Of a DNA stretch of 34,171 bases, positions 23,394 through 33,869 are shown piece after piece; the first letter of the stretch is position 1, and each line of letters opens with the position of its first letter. Location of the stretch: the NCBI GenBank assembly GCA_025603075.1, contig MU626462.1, positions 1 to 34,171 on the forward strand, in the 5' to 3' direction. This stretch comes from Neoconidiobolus thromboides FSU 785. Its lineage: Eukaryota > Fungi > Entomophthoromycota. A program made the translations under genes and the position numbers. The notes under the pieces are model-generated. The model saw nothing but the letters and a program-made list of their open reading frames with translations. It was not told the DNA's origin and did not search any database.

Positions 23394-25634
23394 ATGGAAG
23401 TGGAAACCAATAAAATTAAAAAGGAGGTGAACAAAATAAAAACAGCTCCCATCAGGGTAAAGCCAGATAATCAAAACAAACAAAATGGAAATAATGTAAA
23501 GATGAATCTCAATAGTGTGAAGTCGAATAGAAACAATCAAAAAGGCAGCAAAAAAAATGTTAACTTCAAAAATAGAACAATAAATAATAATCCCATGTTG
23601 CGGCTATCAAATAATCAAAAGAAACAAAAGGGAGATAAGGCACAGATGAATCCGATTAGCACTAAACCAAATAACCAAAGCAATCAGAACAACCAAAAAA
23701 GCATTAAAAAAGATGCTATTTTTAATAGCAAAACAGTAAAAAATAATAAACCTACACCGCAGCTATTAGAAGAGAGATTAAGTGCCAAAAAAAAGGCACA
23801 TGAAAATCTCAAGAAAAAGGCATTAGAATCGCGTAAAAAGAAAACCGAAAAACTCAAGCCTAAACTCAAAAGACAGAAATACAACAAGAAACGTGTAAAC
23901 ATGGAACAAAAAATTTTAGCCGCTCGTTACAACTACTCTCAATATCAGATCTCATTAACAAATTATAGATTCTACGACTTTAACCAAAGTTTATTAGCTC
24001 ACGCTGGGAACTACCCTGAAAACTTATATCTCTTAAGTAATGTTGATGACTTGCAGACACTCAAAAACCGAAGCTCCGAGTTTGAAGCATACTATAAGAT
24101 GAAGGGGAGTCGATATTACTATACTAGGTTTGGGTATTATAATGGAGAGGTATGGAACTCGACAAAAAGGTGTTTCATGGATGAGAATATTAAAGGATTC
24201 TTGCCAGTGAACAATCTGAAAGTTAAAGATGTGATTTATCAAGTACCAGTAAAAGCAAATGACATTAATGGGTTAGAATTTACATCGTGGGCATTTGAGC
24301 ATCTCATGGATACCTCTAGTATTCTAGATGCCTCGAAAAGCACTATATTAAGGGGCTTGTATGTTGTTGAGGATAGTGAGGCTATTTTGGTAACTCATTT
24401 TTGTGATATCAATGTTTTTTATTAATAGTCTTCTTAGAGTGCTAATCCAAGTTTCATAAAGTTTATTCATCAACTAGAAACCAGAAATGAGACAGTAATT
24501 ATTATACTACCCAATGATGACAATGAAAAAAATGACACGCCATTAGTTAATCAGTTAATTAATAATTATGAGAAAATTGAATATCAATCAGATAAAGCGA
24601 TTGAGTTATATCAAAAAGAATATAGACAGCACGGCCACGAGGAAGAGTATATAGAAGATGGCGTTAAAATGATATGGTTAAAAAAATTTAGAGGAATAAT
24701 AAGATATTATGAAATGGAGTATTTTAAAAAACAAAACTATAGTAAAATATTATGTCCTTATTATATTATCAAATTAATATTACAATTTATTAAAATTACA
24801 AGTAATCAGACTGATAAAGAGATGATAGTTAGTTTACAAGGGATTATAAAAGATAGTTTATCAGTATTAAAAAATTCAACCACACCAAATGACAAAACAG
24901 AAATGAGCAAAATGTTAATTTATCAATTAACCCCTATTCTATTCTTCCACAGAAAGCAATCGAACCGATCCGCGAAAGCTTATCTAATCAAACATCAACA
25001 TTATGTTGAATTCCTGGACAGTTTCAAAGCTTTAAACATCCCAATCTCAATCGTATGTCCCAAATCTATGCTTCATTTTACTATCTATTCCGATGGTTCG
25101 GCATGGGAATATACAAACTCTAAAGAGTATGAAAAATTCCAACGAAACTTGGAAGGAGGGGACGCTGGTACATTTTCTGGAGCTTTAGTTAGTAGCACCC
25201 AGCACATAATCACGAGTTGGAGGTACCGCATTGAAAGGATCGTGAGGGACTCGAATGGTACCGAGTTGTATGGACTACTTTTTGCTCTATTGGTAGTCAA
25301 ACAAATGAAGGTACCAATGTGTATCCGTAGTGATAACTTGTATGTGTTAAAGGTAATTGATGGACTGATAAAGCAGGGCTTAGAGCATCCTTATGTCAAA
25401 CAGTGGATTAAAATTGATTACAAAGTTAAACAATTTTTTAAGGCAATAGTTGAGATGCCAGAGATCCATGAAATTCAGTTGGAATGGATCCGATCCCACA
25501 CTTCGTTCGCAGCTAATGTAGTGGTCGATCGATTCACCAAACTGGCGTATTTTACAGCAGATATTGTACACTTTGATAGGTTTATGAGAGAGAGTAAAAA
25601 AGTTGCAGGTGAAGTTAAAGAAAAAGTATGCTAA
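23394..25634 (+). CDS. ~730-aa protein with a basic N/K-rich N-terminus, uncharacterised middle and C-terminal RNase H1-like domain; 2 exons
   Basis: The two ORF-track ORFs are in the same frame and are joined by a 48-nt phase-0 GT..AG intron (24390-24437); the frame is open from 24438 to the stop. RNase H motifs: TIYSDGS (D 25092), NGTELYG (E 25263), IRSDNLYV (D 25332), LEWIRSH (H 25497), ANVVVDRFTK (D 25527). Confidence 0.8.
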
Positions 25635-25962
25635 CTAAATAAAAAATAGAATTTTGAAATATATAATATAATTTTTATGTGATTAATTTATTATTGTGTA
25701 TTTATCAATGTGATTAAAATATGAGATAATATTGTTTTATTCTTTATTACTGACTTTATTGTGATCCTTGTGGATTTAGTAGTTTTGTTTGTGAACATGA
25801 TGTTATGATTAGACTAAAAGGTAGGTTTTCACTAATGAAGTTTTAAACGTATACTTAATAATCTTTTTTGTTTCAAAAGATGTATATCCATTTTGAATGT
25901 GATATATTTTATAATTAGTTTGTTTCAATTAAATGTAGGTTATGCTAATTTAAATAACATAA

Positions 25963-26060
25963 AGGGATGTATTTTTGTGTTTAAGAATTTATTAACAGTT
26001 TTTTCACTCAACTAGTGCTTAAAAAATAGAAAAAATAATGAAGTCAAAAAAAACATCCTC
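25963..26060 (-). mobile_element. MITE-like element, copy 9 (inverted)
   Basis: AGGGATGTATTTTTGTGTTTAAGAATTTATTAACAG...AGTGCTTAAAAAATAGAAAAAATAATGAAGTCAAAAAAAACATCCTC; flanks ATAA/ATAT. Confidence 0.78.
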
Positions 26061-26466
26061 ATATTTTTCTCAACAATCGTAATATTATTATTATTTAAAT
26101 CTAAGGGATAAAAATCACATGGTTTAATTTTTATAAATCGGGTATTCGATATTTAGATTATTCTTTTATGGTCTCGATCGGTGCGAATATCAAAGATTAT
26201 GAATGAATCCAATAAAAGGAACTACACTTCTGCTTGGAATTAGCTGTATAATATGCAACTCTAAAATTAAATAAAACTTGAAAATTTATCGTCATTCCAA
26301 CCGGACCATTGAATTTATCCAAATGACAGCTAATCCCTAAAAAATCGAAATCAAGGGAGGAAACAAAGGGAGGAGAAATATTTTAAAAATGACGTAGATT
26401 TTGAATTGTTTATAAAAAGGCTCATGCTCATCTCCTTGACTCAATTTTTAGTTTTTAATCAAAAAA

Positions 26467-27674
26467 ATGTCTAACTGGTACGAACAACTTGTTGACTATG
26501 GTATTGTTCCCGATTACGCTATACGCTTAGGTATCCGTATGCTTACTCAAATACGTGTAAAGATGATTACCATGCCTAACTATACAGAACAGACCCAAAC
26601 CAAGATTGATTTGATCAAAGAATTAAAGCAGCAAGCAACAATAGCAGAAGCTACAGACAAAGCCAATGAGCAACATTATGAGATCCCTACTTCTTTTTTT
26701 CAAGCTTGTTTGGGTAATAGATTAAAGTACTCCAGTTGTTATTACAAAAATGGTAAGTTATCGATTTGAATAGGGGTAGAGATGAGATATTAATTTTATG
26801 TTATAGATAGGGAGACCTTAAGTCAGGCAGAAGAGAATATGTTAGAATTGTATTGTGAGCGTGCCCAACTTAGAGATGGTTTGAAGATGCTAGATTTAGG
26901 ATGCGGATGGGGTAGTTTGAGTTTATTTTTAGCTGAGGTAATTTTTTCTAATTTTGATATTCTTTCTAGAGTTTACTTTATATAATAGAAATACCCGAAC
27001 TCAAGTATCTATTCGTTTTCTAATAGCTCTACTCAAAGAGAACATATTGAATCTGAAGCAGTAAAGAAAGGTTTAAAGAATATTAAAGTGGTCACAGGTG
27101 ATATCAATACATATGAGTTTGTCGGAGAATATACTGGATTTGATCGTATTTTAAGCATTGAGATGGTAGAACATTTAAAAAATTATCGTATGCTTTTAAA
27201 GAAAATGAATGACTTATTAAAAGATGAACAAAGTTTATTGTTTTTACACTTTTTCTGTCATAAGTCAATCCCATACCCTTTTTTAACAGAGGAGGATCAC
27301 TCATGGATGGCAAAATACTTTTTCACTGGAGGGATGATGCCATCATTTGACTTATTCTTATACTTTCAAGAAGACCTTAACGTTGTTGATCATTGGTATG
27401 TCAATGGAAAGCATTATTGTAAGTTTTTTTATTAAAATTTTAAACTGAAATGTTAACTAGTATTATAAATATAGCAAAAACATGTGAAGAATGGCTTAAA
27501 AATATGGATGGAAACAAAACATTTATTTTAGAAGAGTTCAAAAAGAATTATGGTAAAAATAGTTTTATTTGGTTCCAACGTTGGCGTTTGTTCTATTTAG
27601 CTTGTAGCGAAACATTTAATTATAACCAAGGAGAAACTTGGGGTGTAGCTCATTTCCTGTTTAAAAAGAAATAA
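26467..27674 (+). CDS. SAM-dependent methyltransferase of the cyclopropane-fatty-acyl synthase / (S)-coclaurine N-methyltransferase-like family, 4 exons
   Basis: [23 protein letters not shown]; [15 protein letters not shown]; motif [14 protein letters not shown]; [12 protein letters not shown]; [14 protein letters not shown]; [15 protein letters not shown]; [13 protein letters not shown]. Introns restore the frame; stop 27672-27674. Confidence 0.9.
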
Positions 27675-27682
27675 AACAAGGA

Positions 27683-30600
27683 TTAGGATAGTAGTAATAT
27701 GTATTGTTTAATAATAACATCAATTAAGTTTAACGTATTAATTCTCTGTTGATTATTTGGGACAATGGATTTTACTTTGGCCATTAAATCTGAGAATCGA
27801 GATTTAAAGGAAGTTTTAAAATGGCTATTATTACTCACTAGTGACTTGAAAAAAGTATAAAACTGGTATTGTATTGGAATATTATTTAAAATTAATTCAT
27901 TCTTATTTACTGCTATAAATTGGTCTTTAGCTGTATGTGGCAAAATCATAAAACAAAGTAATATTAAATTATTAAATATTGAATCCAAATCCAAATTGAA
28001 ATTTAATAACCAAATGTTAAAATACTTAATTAAAAAATTAAGCTGATTTTCTATATTACTATTATAAATGGTATTAGTTAAGATATCTTCTAACATTATT
28101 AGCTTCATATTATTATTTAACTTATCATCGTTAATGTCCTCAAAGTCCATTATAAACTCGTCTAATAAATATTGAATAAATAAATCCAGCTTATTATTAG
28201 ATTTAATAAATGAATTAAAATAAGCCAACTTATAGTAAACATTCTCTTCTTCAGATAATCTAGTAACATAATCATTTATATTAAAATCTGCCAATACACA
28301 AGTAGAATGTATTAAACTCAAATTTAATTTTGTATTTTTCCTATTGAACTCTAATTGAAACTGTTTCTTACATATAACCTCCTTCATCAAATCACTAATC
28401 TCTTGTCTAATTTTAATCAGTTCATATTTGATGGAATGATCTTCACTAATAGCAAATAAATTATTATTTAAAGTTTGTATTAAATTTAATAACACAAGTT
28501 GAATATTATTATTTTCGATTAAACTCATTAAATATGCTAATAATTGAATGACTAATTTAGAAAACAGTTTGATATCTAATTCAATTTTGGTTAAGATGGT
28601 ATTAAAGGATCCCATATTATTATTTGTGGTTCCACTGCTATTAGCATTATAACCAACCAATTTACATAAGGTTCCAATATACTGTTGGCTCATAATTAAT
28701 TCTTGAATGTTAGTAGGATAGGTAGCCAATGCGGATGTATTTTGTTGTAAAATAAGGATCAAAAATGACATTAATGAATTTGAATAAGGAACAAACTTGA
28801 GAGCAAATTGGATTATTAATAACAGGTGATGTTCATTCGTATTACTTTTCTTATATAAAACATATAAAGTGTCTGTCCAATAATAAGGTGGTAAGGGATA
28901 ATTAAGCTGATAGAAGGAGTTTAATAAGATGAAACTTAAATTTAATTTATTGTTTTTGCTGCTTGTTATTAATAAATCCAAAGCATTTCTCAAATAAGAA
29001 TTAATATTAAATCTAGAATAATCAGCAGGCTCATTAATAATAATACGATTGTTATCATTATTAGATAAAGTAAAATAATTATTATAATTAAATTCAATTA
29101 AAATAAATTGATTGAACAAATAATCATATTCAACTTTAGCACTATTATATATTTGATGCAATAACAAAGTAGTACTTAATATATTGAATTTGACTAAATT
29201 TAAATTATTACGTTGATAATTATCATTAATACTTGTAAGTCTTTGACTATATTTCTCAATATTATGTTTTATATTATTGTCCTTATTCAATAAATAATAG
29301 CTTCCATTTTCGTTAAAATAATCGCAGCCTAATAACCCCATAAAGCGAAGATACGATGAATCACAATTGCTTTCGCTTTTATCTAATAATGCTTGGTAAT
29401 CCTTATTGATCAGTTTATTATAATGAATCAAGGTGCCACTTGGACATTGAACAACTACTCTATTGTGTAAATAAATACCGTAATAATAATTTAGTAATTG
29501 ATTTCTTATATTACTGTTATAATAATAACTATTCTTATTATTTATGTCTTCATTATTTATCATCAATTCAAAATAATGAATGATCTTTTGATCAATTTCT
29601 AATTCTACTTTCTTATCTTCGGTAAAAAAAGGTATAAATTTAGCTAAATAAGGCAATAGAGCCATCTTATATGAATTATTAACACTATCATCATCATTTT
29701 CAATGGAATCCACAATTAATTCCATTGTGTGCTTTAAATTGACTATTGCTAATAAATCTATTGTATCAGCTGCATTGTTTAACTTATCATTACTATACTT
29801 TGATAGCATTATCTTAATTTGACTTGTATATCCCGCCAATTTAATAATACTAAATTTATTGTTATTATCTTTACTATTGTTTTCATCATCCAATAACTCT
29901 AACAAATCAAAATCTAAATTCAATTCTTCTTCTATTAATAATAATAGATCTACAATCTCTTCTTTTTCTTCCCTACTACTATTTAAATTACATAATAACG
30001 CATCATAGATAATTGAATAATGATAATTAACTGCATATTGAATCCAATCAGATACAGCTGTTTGATCTTTCCAATCTTTGAATAATTTTAATATACTCTT
30101 GATAGCTACATAATCTTGAAATTTCAAATATTTGATAAGTTGACTTAAGCCAATAATTTGACTCAATTTAACTTCCATGTTATTCTGATTTCCCTTTAAT
30201 AAATACTCTTCAATCTTTTTGAGATAACTTAACGCCAAACCTTCTTTACCTAGATTATGCAATGCACATATTAAGCCACTTAAAGCTAATATGGAATTTG
30301 ACATTAAGATAGGTTTAATACTATTTACTAAAATATCAAATAATTCATGAAATAAAGTATTTAACATATCATAATCATAAATTATATTACCACCATCATT
30401 ATCAGTACTACTATACTCAATTGAGCAAGTTAAAAAGAAATTAAAATACGCCTGAAACCATTGATTAAACAAAAATATATCTTCACCAACTAATATAGTA
30501 TTTAGCCCATCCATCAACTGTTGTTTACTTTGTGTCTTTCTTCCACTCGTTAAGTTACAAAAGTTTAAATTTAATGTTTTAATTATATTAATCAGTTTTA

Positions 30601-33235
30601 ACCCTGGGTGTAATTGCTCTTTTAAGACACTTTCTTTTAGCCCATTAAATTTCTGTTGAATTGATTTAATATAGTCCACCTGTTGAGCATTTACATTATT
30701 ATGGCTGTTGTGGCTGCTACCTTTGAATGTGGTACGCGCCATGGATTTTATCTCTTCTTCATACAATTTACAAAACAATATTGACCATGATGGATAATCC
30801 ATGTTGTTCTCGTTGATCTTATCGAAAAATTCGCTAGTGTTTTCTGGTAAAATCAACTTAATAAACTGAATTGGGAAAGATGAATACAAAGACAAACAAG
30901 GTTCATAAATTTCATACGAATATGATATATTTTCATTGGCCGGAAATAGTATTGGTTGTATAAATTCCATGACAATTTCAGTTAAAATAATCTCATACTC
31001 TTCACTTTGATCGTATTTTTTGATTAAGAGTTTTAAAAATTGAATTAACTGCAAATAGATTGAATACTCATTATTGATACCTACTTTATAAATTGAATAA
31101 TAATAATCTTTCCATAACTCAACAATATTTTCAATACCATCCACTTCTAACATAATATTAATAGCTGTTAAAATCTTAGTTAATGAGCTCAAATTAATCT
31201 TTTGATATTTGATTAAATTCAACAGATCTGGGAAAATAGCTTCACTGCACTGCATGGGCTTCTCCTTACTCAAGTCCACAATAATATCAAATACAACAGT
31301 TTCCAGTTCATTTGGTATCTGTGACATTGTTCTCTTTTTTAATAGATAGTCTTGCTTATACTGTTTAATATAATTTAGCAAACTATTCCTAAGGTACTTG
31401 AAAATTTTATTGTGTTTTAAATAACTTCTGTATAGTATTTTCAGCCCCATAGTTGATAGATAAGCATCTCTATTATTATCTTCACTTTTATTAAACGTTG
31501 CAGCTATTTTTAATACTTTAGATATTATTAAATCGTCTTTACTTTGAACTAGTTGGATCATACTTTCTATTAACAAATATTCTTTATATTGTTCGTCTTT
31601 TTCCTCTTTAACCAATACCATAACAAATCCAAATAAATCCATGGCTTCTGTTTCAATATTATGTTGTGTCATCAAATGCGATAACCATGCTTTACGCTTT
31701 TCAATATTACCAGTAAATGTAAATGGTAAGTGGCAAAATAAAGCGATATTATTATCTTTATTTATTTCAGCCCCAAACGTCTCCTCTAAGCTATAATAAT
31801 TAATATAATATAACAACTCATTAATTTTACCATCCACTAGATAAGTAATGCTTTGGAATTTGTTATCCATCGTTAATACATTGTTATTAATTATTAGTTT
31901 ATTTTTAATCTTTAATTGATTGTACCTGTTCTTTTCTTTATCCAATATACTCAAAATACTCTCACATTGTTGCTTAATTTGATTGTCTTTATACTTATAG
32001 TATATCTTTAATGTTGGATAATACCCATACAGTTTATAAGTTAATTTTAATTTATAATCTTGACTTAACACAAAGCCAACAAACGGTAATAGTAATTTAA
32101 CTTCAGCTGTTGAGTTGGAACTAAATAATAAATAGCAGATAGTAACAAACAATAAAGGCTGATTCAAATGTTCCCACTGTTTAGTGATATATTGGATTCC
32201 ATTTCTTACCCCAGCCAAACAATTTAACTGTTTAAAGTAAGCTTGATCTTCCCTTGAGTTAACAATTAGGCTTAAGTACTGTACTGCAACAAATTGAATT
32301 AACTTTAAATAATATTCACTATCCGATAACATTTTATTCTTATCCACAAATTTTTTCAATGTATCTAATAGTGTACTACGTAAATAGAGTTTCATTAATG
32401 GTAGCTGAATAATGCTGTTGGCTACAGTGATTGTTAATAGTTGAAAATAATCACTGGTGGGTATTGGGAGACTAGTATTGTATTGAAATGAGTCAAAGTA
32501 CAAATTCAAAAAAGATAATAGCAACATAGAAAACTCCTCTTCCTTAGTTAAATAGTTCATCAGTGGTATAAAACAGACCAAGTGACAATGAAAATAATGC
32601 TCATTTTCCTGTGTTAATTCAACATGAAACTCAGTATAAAATAGATCCAAGATCATTTTGAACACCAAGTTTTTCTTTTTCTGGTCATCTTTGACCGCTT
32701 TTAATAATCTAACATACGGTAACATTTCTTCCCAGTCTGGTGGCAAATAAGAGGTTAGTGGTTGAATGGAGCTTGGTTTTACTCTAGTTAAGTTATTGAC
32801 CACTACTTTTAACAAATTATGTATACCATGTACCATTATCTCCAATAGTTCATATTTATCTTCTAAATCCTCAGTAATTAAAACCTCTATAATACTTGTC
32901 ACTTTTTTTATACTATCTACTAACTCAAAAGCTTGATATTTAATCCCAACCACCAAATGATCAAAATAACAAGATATCAATAATATATCATATGATTCCT
33001 TATTTATTCCTTTTTGTAATAGATTGAATAACTCAGTTTTGATTATGCTTTCTTCACTGCTTTTTAGATTTACTAATTTGCCATCGCTTTTGTATTTTTT
33101 TTGAATTAGGATGGTAAATAGTTGCTGCAAACCATCCAGCCTGACTGAACTGAATTTATTCGTGAGTTTGATCAATTGAGCTTCAATACTACTCGCTATA
33201 TCTCGCTTGGATTTCACTTGATAATTGGTTTCCAT
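27683..33235 (-). CDS. 1850-aa alpha-helical solenoid protein, focadhesin (FOCAD/RST1, DUF3730)-like; uninterrupted ORF
   Basis: A 5553-bp stop-free ORF in very AT-rich DNA must be coding. Length and segments resemble focadhesin as recalled (ELFNLL...DHLVVGIKYQAFELVDSIKKVTSII...IMVHGIHNLL; ILMSNSILALSGLICAL). The family call is by eye only. Confidence 0.6.
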   Translation of the reverse strand: METNYQVKSKRDIASSIEAQLIKLTNKFSSVRLDGLQQLFTILIQKKYKSDGKLVNLKSSEESIIKTELFNLLQKGINKESYDILLISCYFDHLVVGIKYQAFELVDSIKKVTSIIEVLITEDLEDKYELLEIMVHGIHNLLKVVVNNLTRVKPSSIQPLTSYLPPDWEEMLPYVRLLKAVKDDQKKKNLVFKMILDLFYTEFHVELTQENEHYFHCHLVCFIPLMNYLTKEEEFSMLLLSFLNLYFDSFQYNTSLPIPTSDYFQLLTITVANSIIQLPLMKLYLRSTLLDTLKKFVDKNKMLSDSEYYLKLIQFVAVQYLSLIVNSREDQAYFKQLNCLAGVRNGIQYITKQWEHLNQPLLFVTICYLLFSSNSTAEVKLLLPFVGFVLSQDYKLKLTYKLYGYYPTLKIYYKYKDNQIKQQCESILSILDKEKNRYNQLKIKNKLIINNNVLTMDNKFQSITYLVDGKINELLYYINYYSLEETFGAEINKDNNIALFCHLPFTFTGNIEKRKAWLSHLMTQHNIETEAMDLFGFVMVLVKEEKDEQYKEYLLIESMIQLVQSKDDLIISKVLKIAATFNKSEDNNRDAYLSTMGLKILYRSYLKHNKIFKYLRNSLLNYIKQYKQDYLLKKRTMSQIPNELETVVFDIIVDLSKEKPMQCSEAIFPDLLNLIKYQKINLSSLTKILTAINIMLEVDGIENIVELWKDYYYSIYKVGINNEYSIYLQLIQFLKLLIKKYDQSEEYEIILTEIVMEFIQPILFPANENISYSYEIYEPCLSLYSSFPIQFIKLILPENTSEFFDKINENNMDYPSWSILFCKLYEEEIKSMARTTFKGSSHNSHNNVNAQQVDYIKSIQQKFNGLKESVLKEQLHPGLKLINIIKTLNLNFCNLTSGRKTQSKQQLMDGLNTILVGEDIFLFNQWFQAYFNFFLTCSIEYSSTDNDGGNIIYDYDMLNTLFHELFDILVNSIKPILMSNSILALSGLICALHNLGKEGLALSYLKKIEEYLLKGNQNNMEVKLSQIIGLSQLIKYLKFQDYVAIKSILKLFKDWKDQTAVSDWIQYAVNYHYSIIYDALLCNLNSSREEKEEIVDLLLLIEEELNLDFDLLELLDDENNSKDNNNKFSIIKLAGYTSQIKIMLSKYSNDKLNNAADTIDLLAIVNLKHTMELIVDSIENDDDSVNNSYKMALLPYLAKFIPFFTEDKKVELEIDQKIIHYFELMINNEDINNKNSYYYNSNIRNQLLNYYYGIYLHNRVVVQCPSGTLIHYNKLINKDYQALLDKSESNCDSSYLRFMGLLGCDYFNENGSYYLLNKDNNIKHNIEKYSQRLTSINDNYQRNNLNLVKFNILSTTLLLHQIYNSAKVEYDYLFNQFILIEFNYNNYFTLSNNDNNRIIINEPADYSRFNINSYLRNALDLLITSSKNNKLNLSFILLNSFYQLNYPLPPYYWTDTLYVLYKKSNTNEHHLLLIIQFALKFVPYSNSLMSFLILILQQNTSALATYPTNIQELIMSQQYIGTLCKLVGYNANSSGTTNNNMGSFNTILTKIELDIKLFSKLVIQLLAYLMSLIENNNIQLVLLNLIQTLNNNLFAISEDHSIKYELIKIRQEISDLMKEVICKKQFQLEFNRKNTKLNLSLIHSTCVLADFNINDYVTRLSEEENVYYKLAYFNSFIKSNNKLDLFIQYLLDEFIMDFEDINDDKLNNNMKLIMLEDILTNTIYNSNIENQLNFLIKYFNIWLLNFNLDLDSIFNNLILLCFMILPHTAKDQFIAVNKNELILNNIPIQYQFYTFFKSLVSNNSHFKTSFKSRFSDLMAKVKSIVPNNQQRINTLNLIDVIIKQYILLLS

Positions 33236-33869
33236 TTTGTATATTTTTCAATAAAATGAATTATGTTGATGAGTTGGGTAGATTATTTAAAATAAAAGTA
33301 ATCATTTGATTGGCTATTTGCTAAAAACCAGATCTTGGTTTCTGATGTAAAAGAGTAGCATTATAAAGTTTTGTTGTTATATATAGTTTCAAAACTTTAT
33401 CGCCAGTGAGCTATTTTGGTGATTATGCAGTATTTATTTTAACATCTATATGTTCTGGCTATGGGTCTCATATTTTAGCTGAAGGTTTGATTACAAATTT
33501 TACAATGGTATTCAATAGAAGTTACAGATTTTTTTAGCTATAATTCTAATTTTTAAGGTCTTTTTTTTTGTAATCCTATTTTAAAAATAATTTAATGCTT
33601 TAGCTTATAATGAGTTATTAAAGTAAATATTAATAACCATAGAATTTTAATATAACTTAGGGTTATATTATTTATAAAATGATTTCTAAAAGAATAAATT
33701 TATTTAACAGTAGGTGATTTAAAAAAAATAGAAACAATTGAGAGTAAAGCTACAAATGTTGGTGAAATTATATAAGATCACATTTTTTTGCTACAATGAA
33801 AGAATAAAATAATAGATAAGGCTGTAAAGTCTCAAATGTATACTAATTTATTAAGCAATTTCAATTATT

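Noticed and set aside
24240-24520. PIN-like (LMDTSSIL) or AAA+ Walker-B-like (LYVVEDSE) reading of the RNase H-like protein's middle region
   Set aside because: Only isolated short matches; no Walker A or further PIN acidic residues could be placed with confidence.
23328-25571. Minus-strand ORFs 23328, 23684, 24033, 25085, 25380
   Set aside because: Antisense shadows of the RNase H-like gene.
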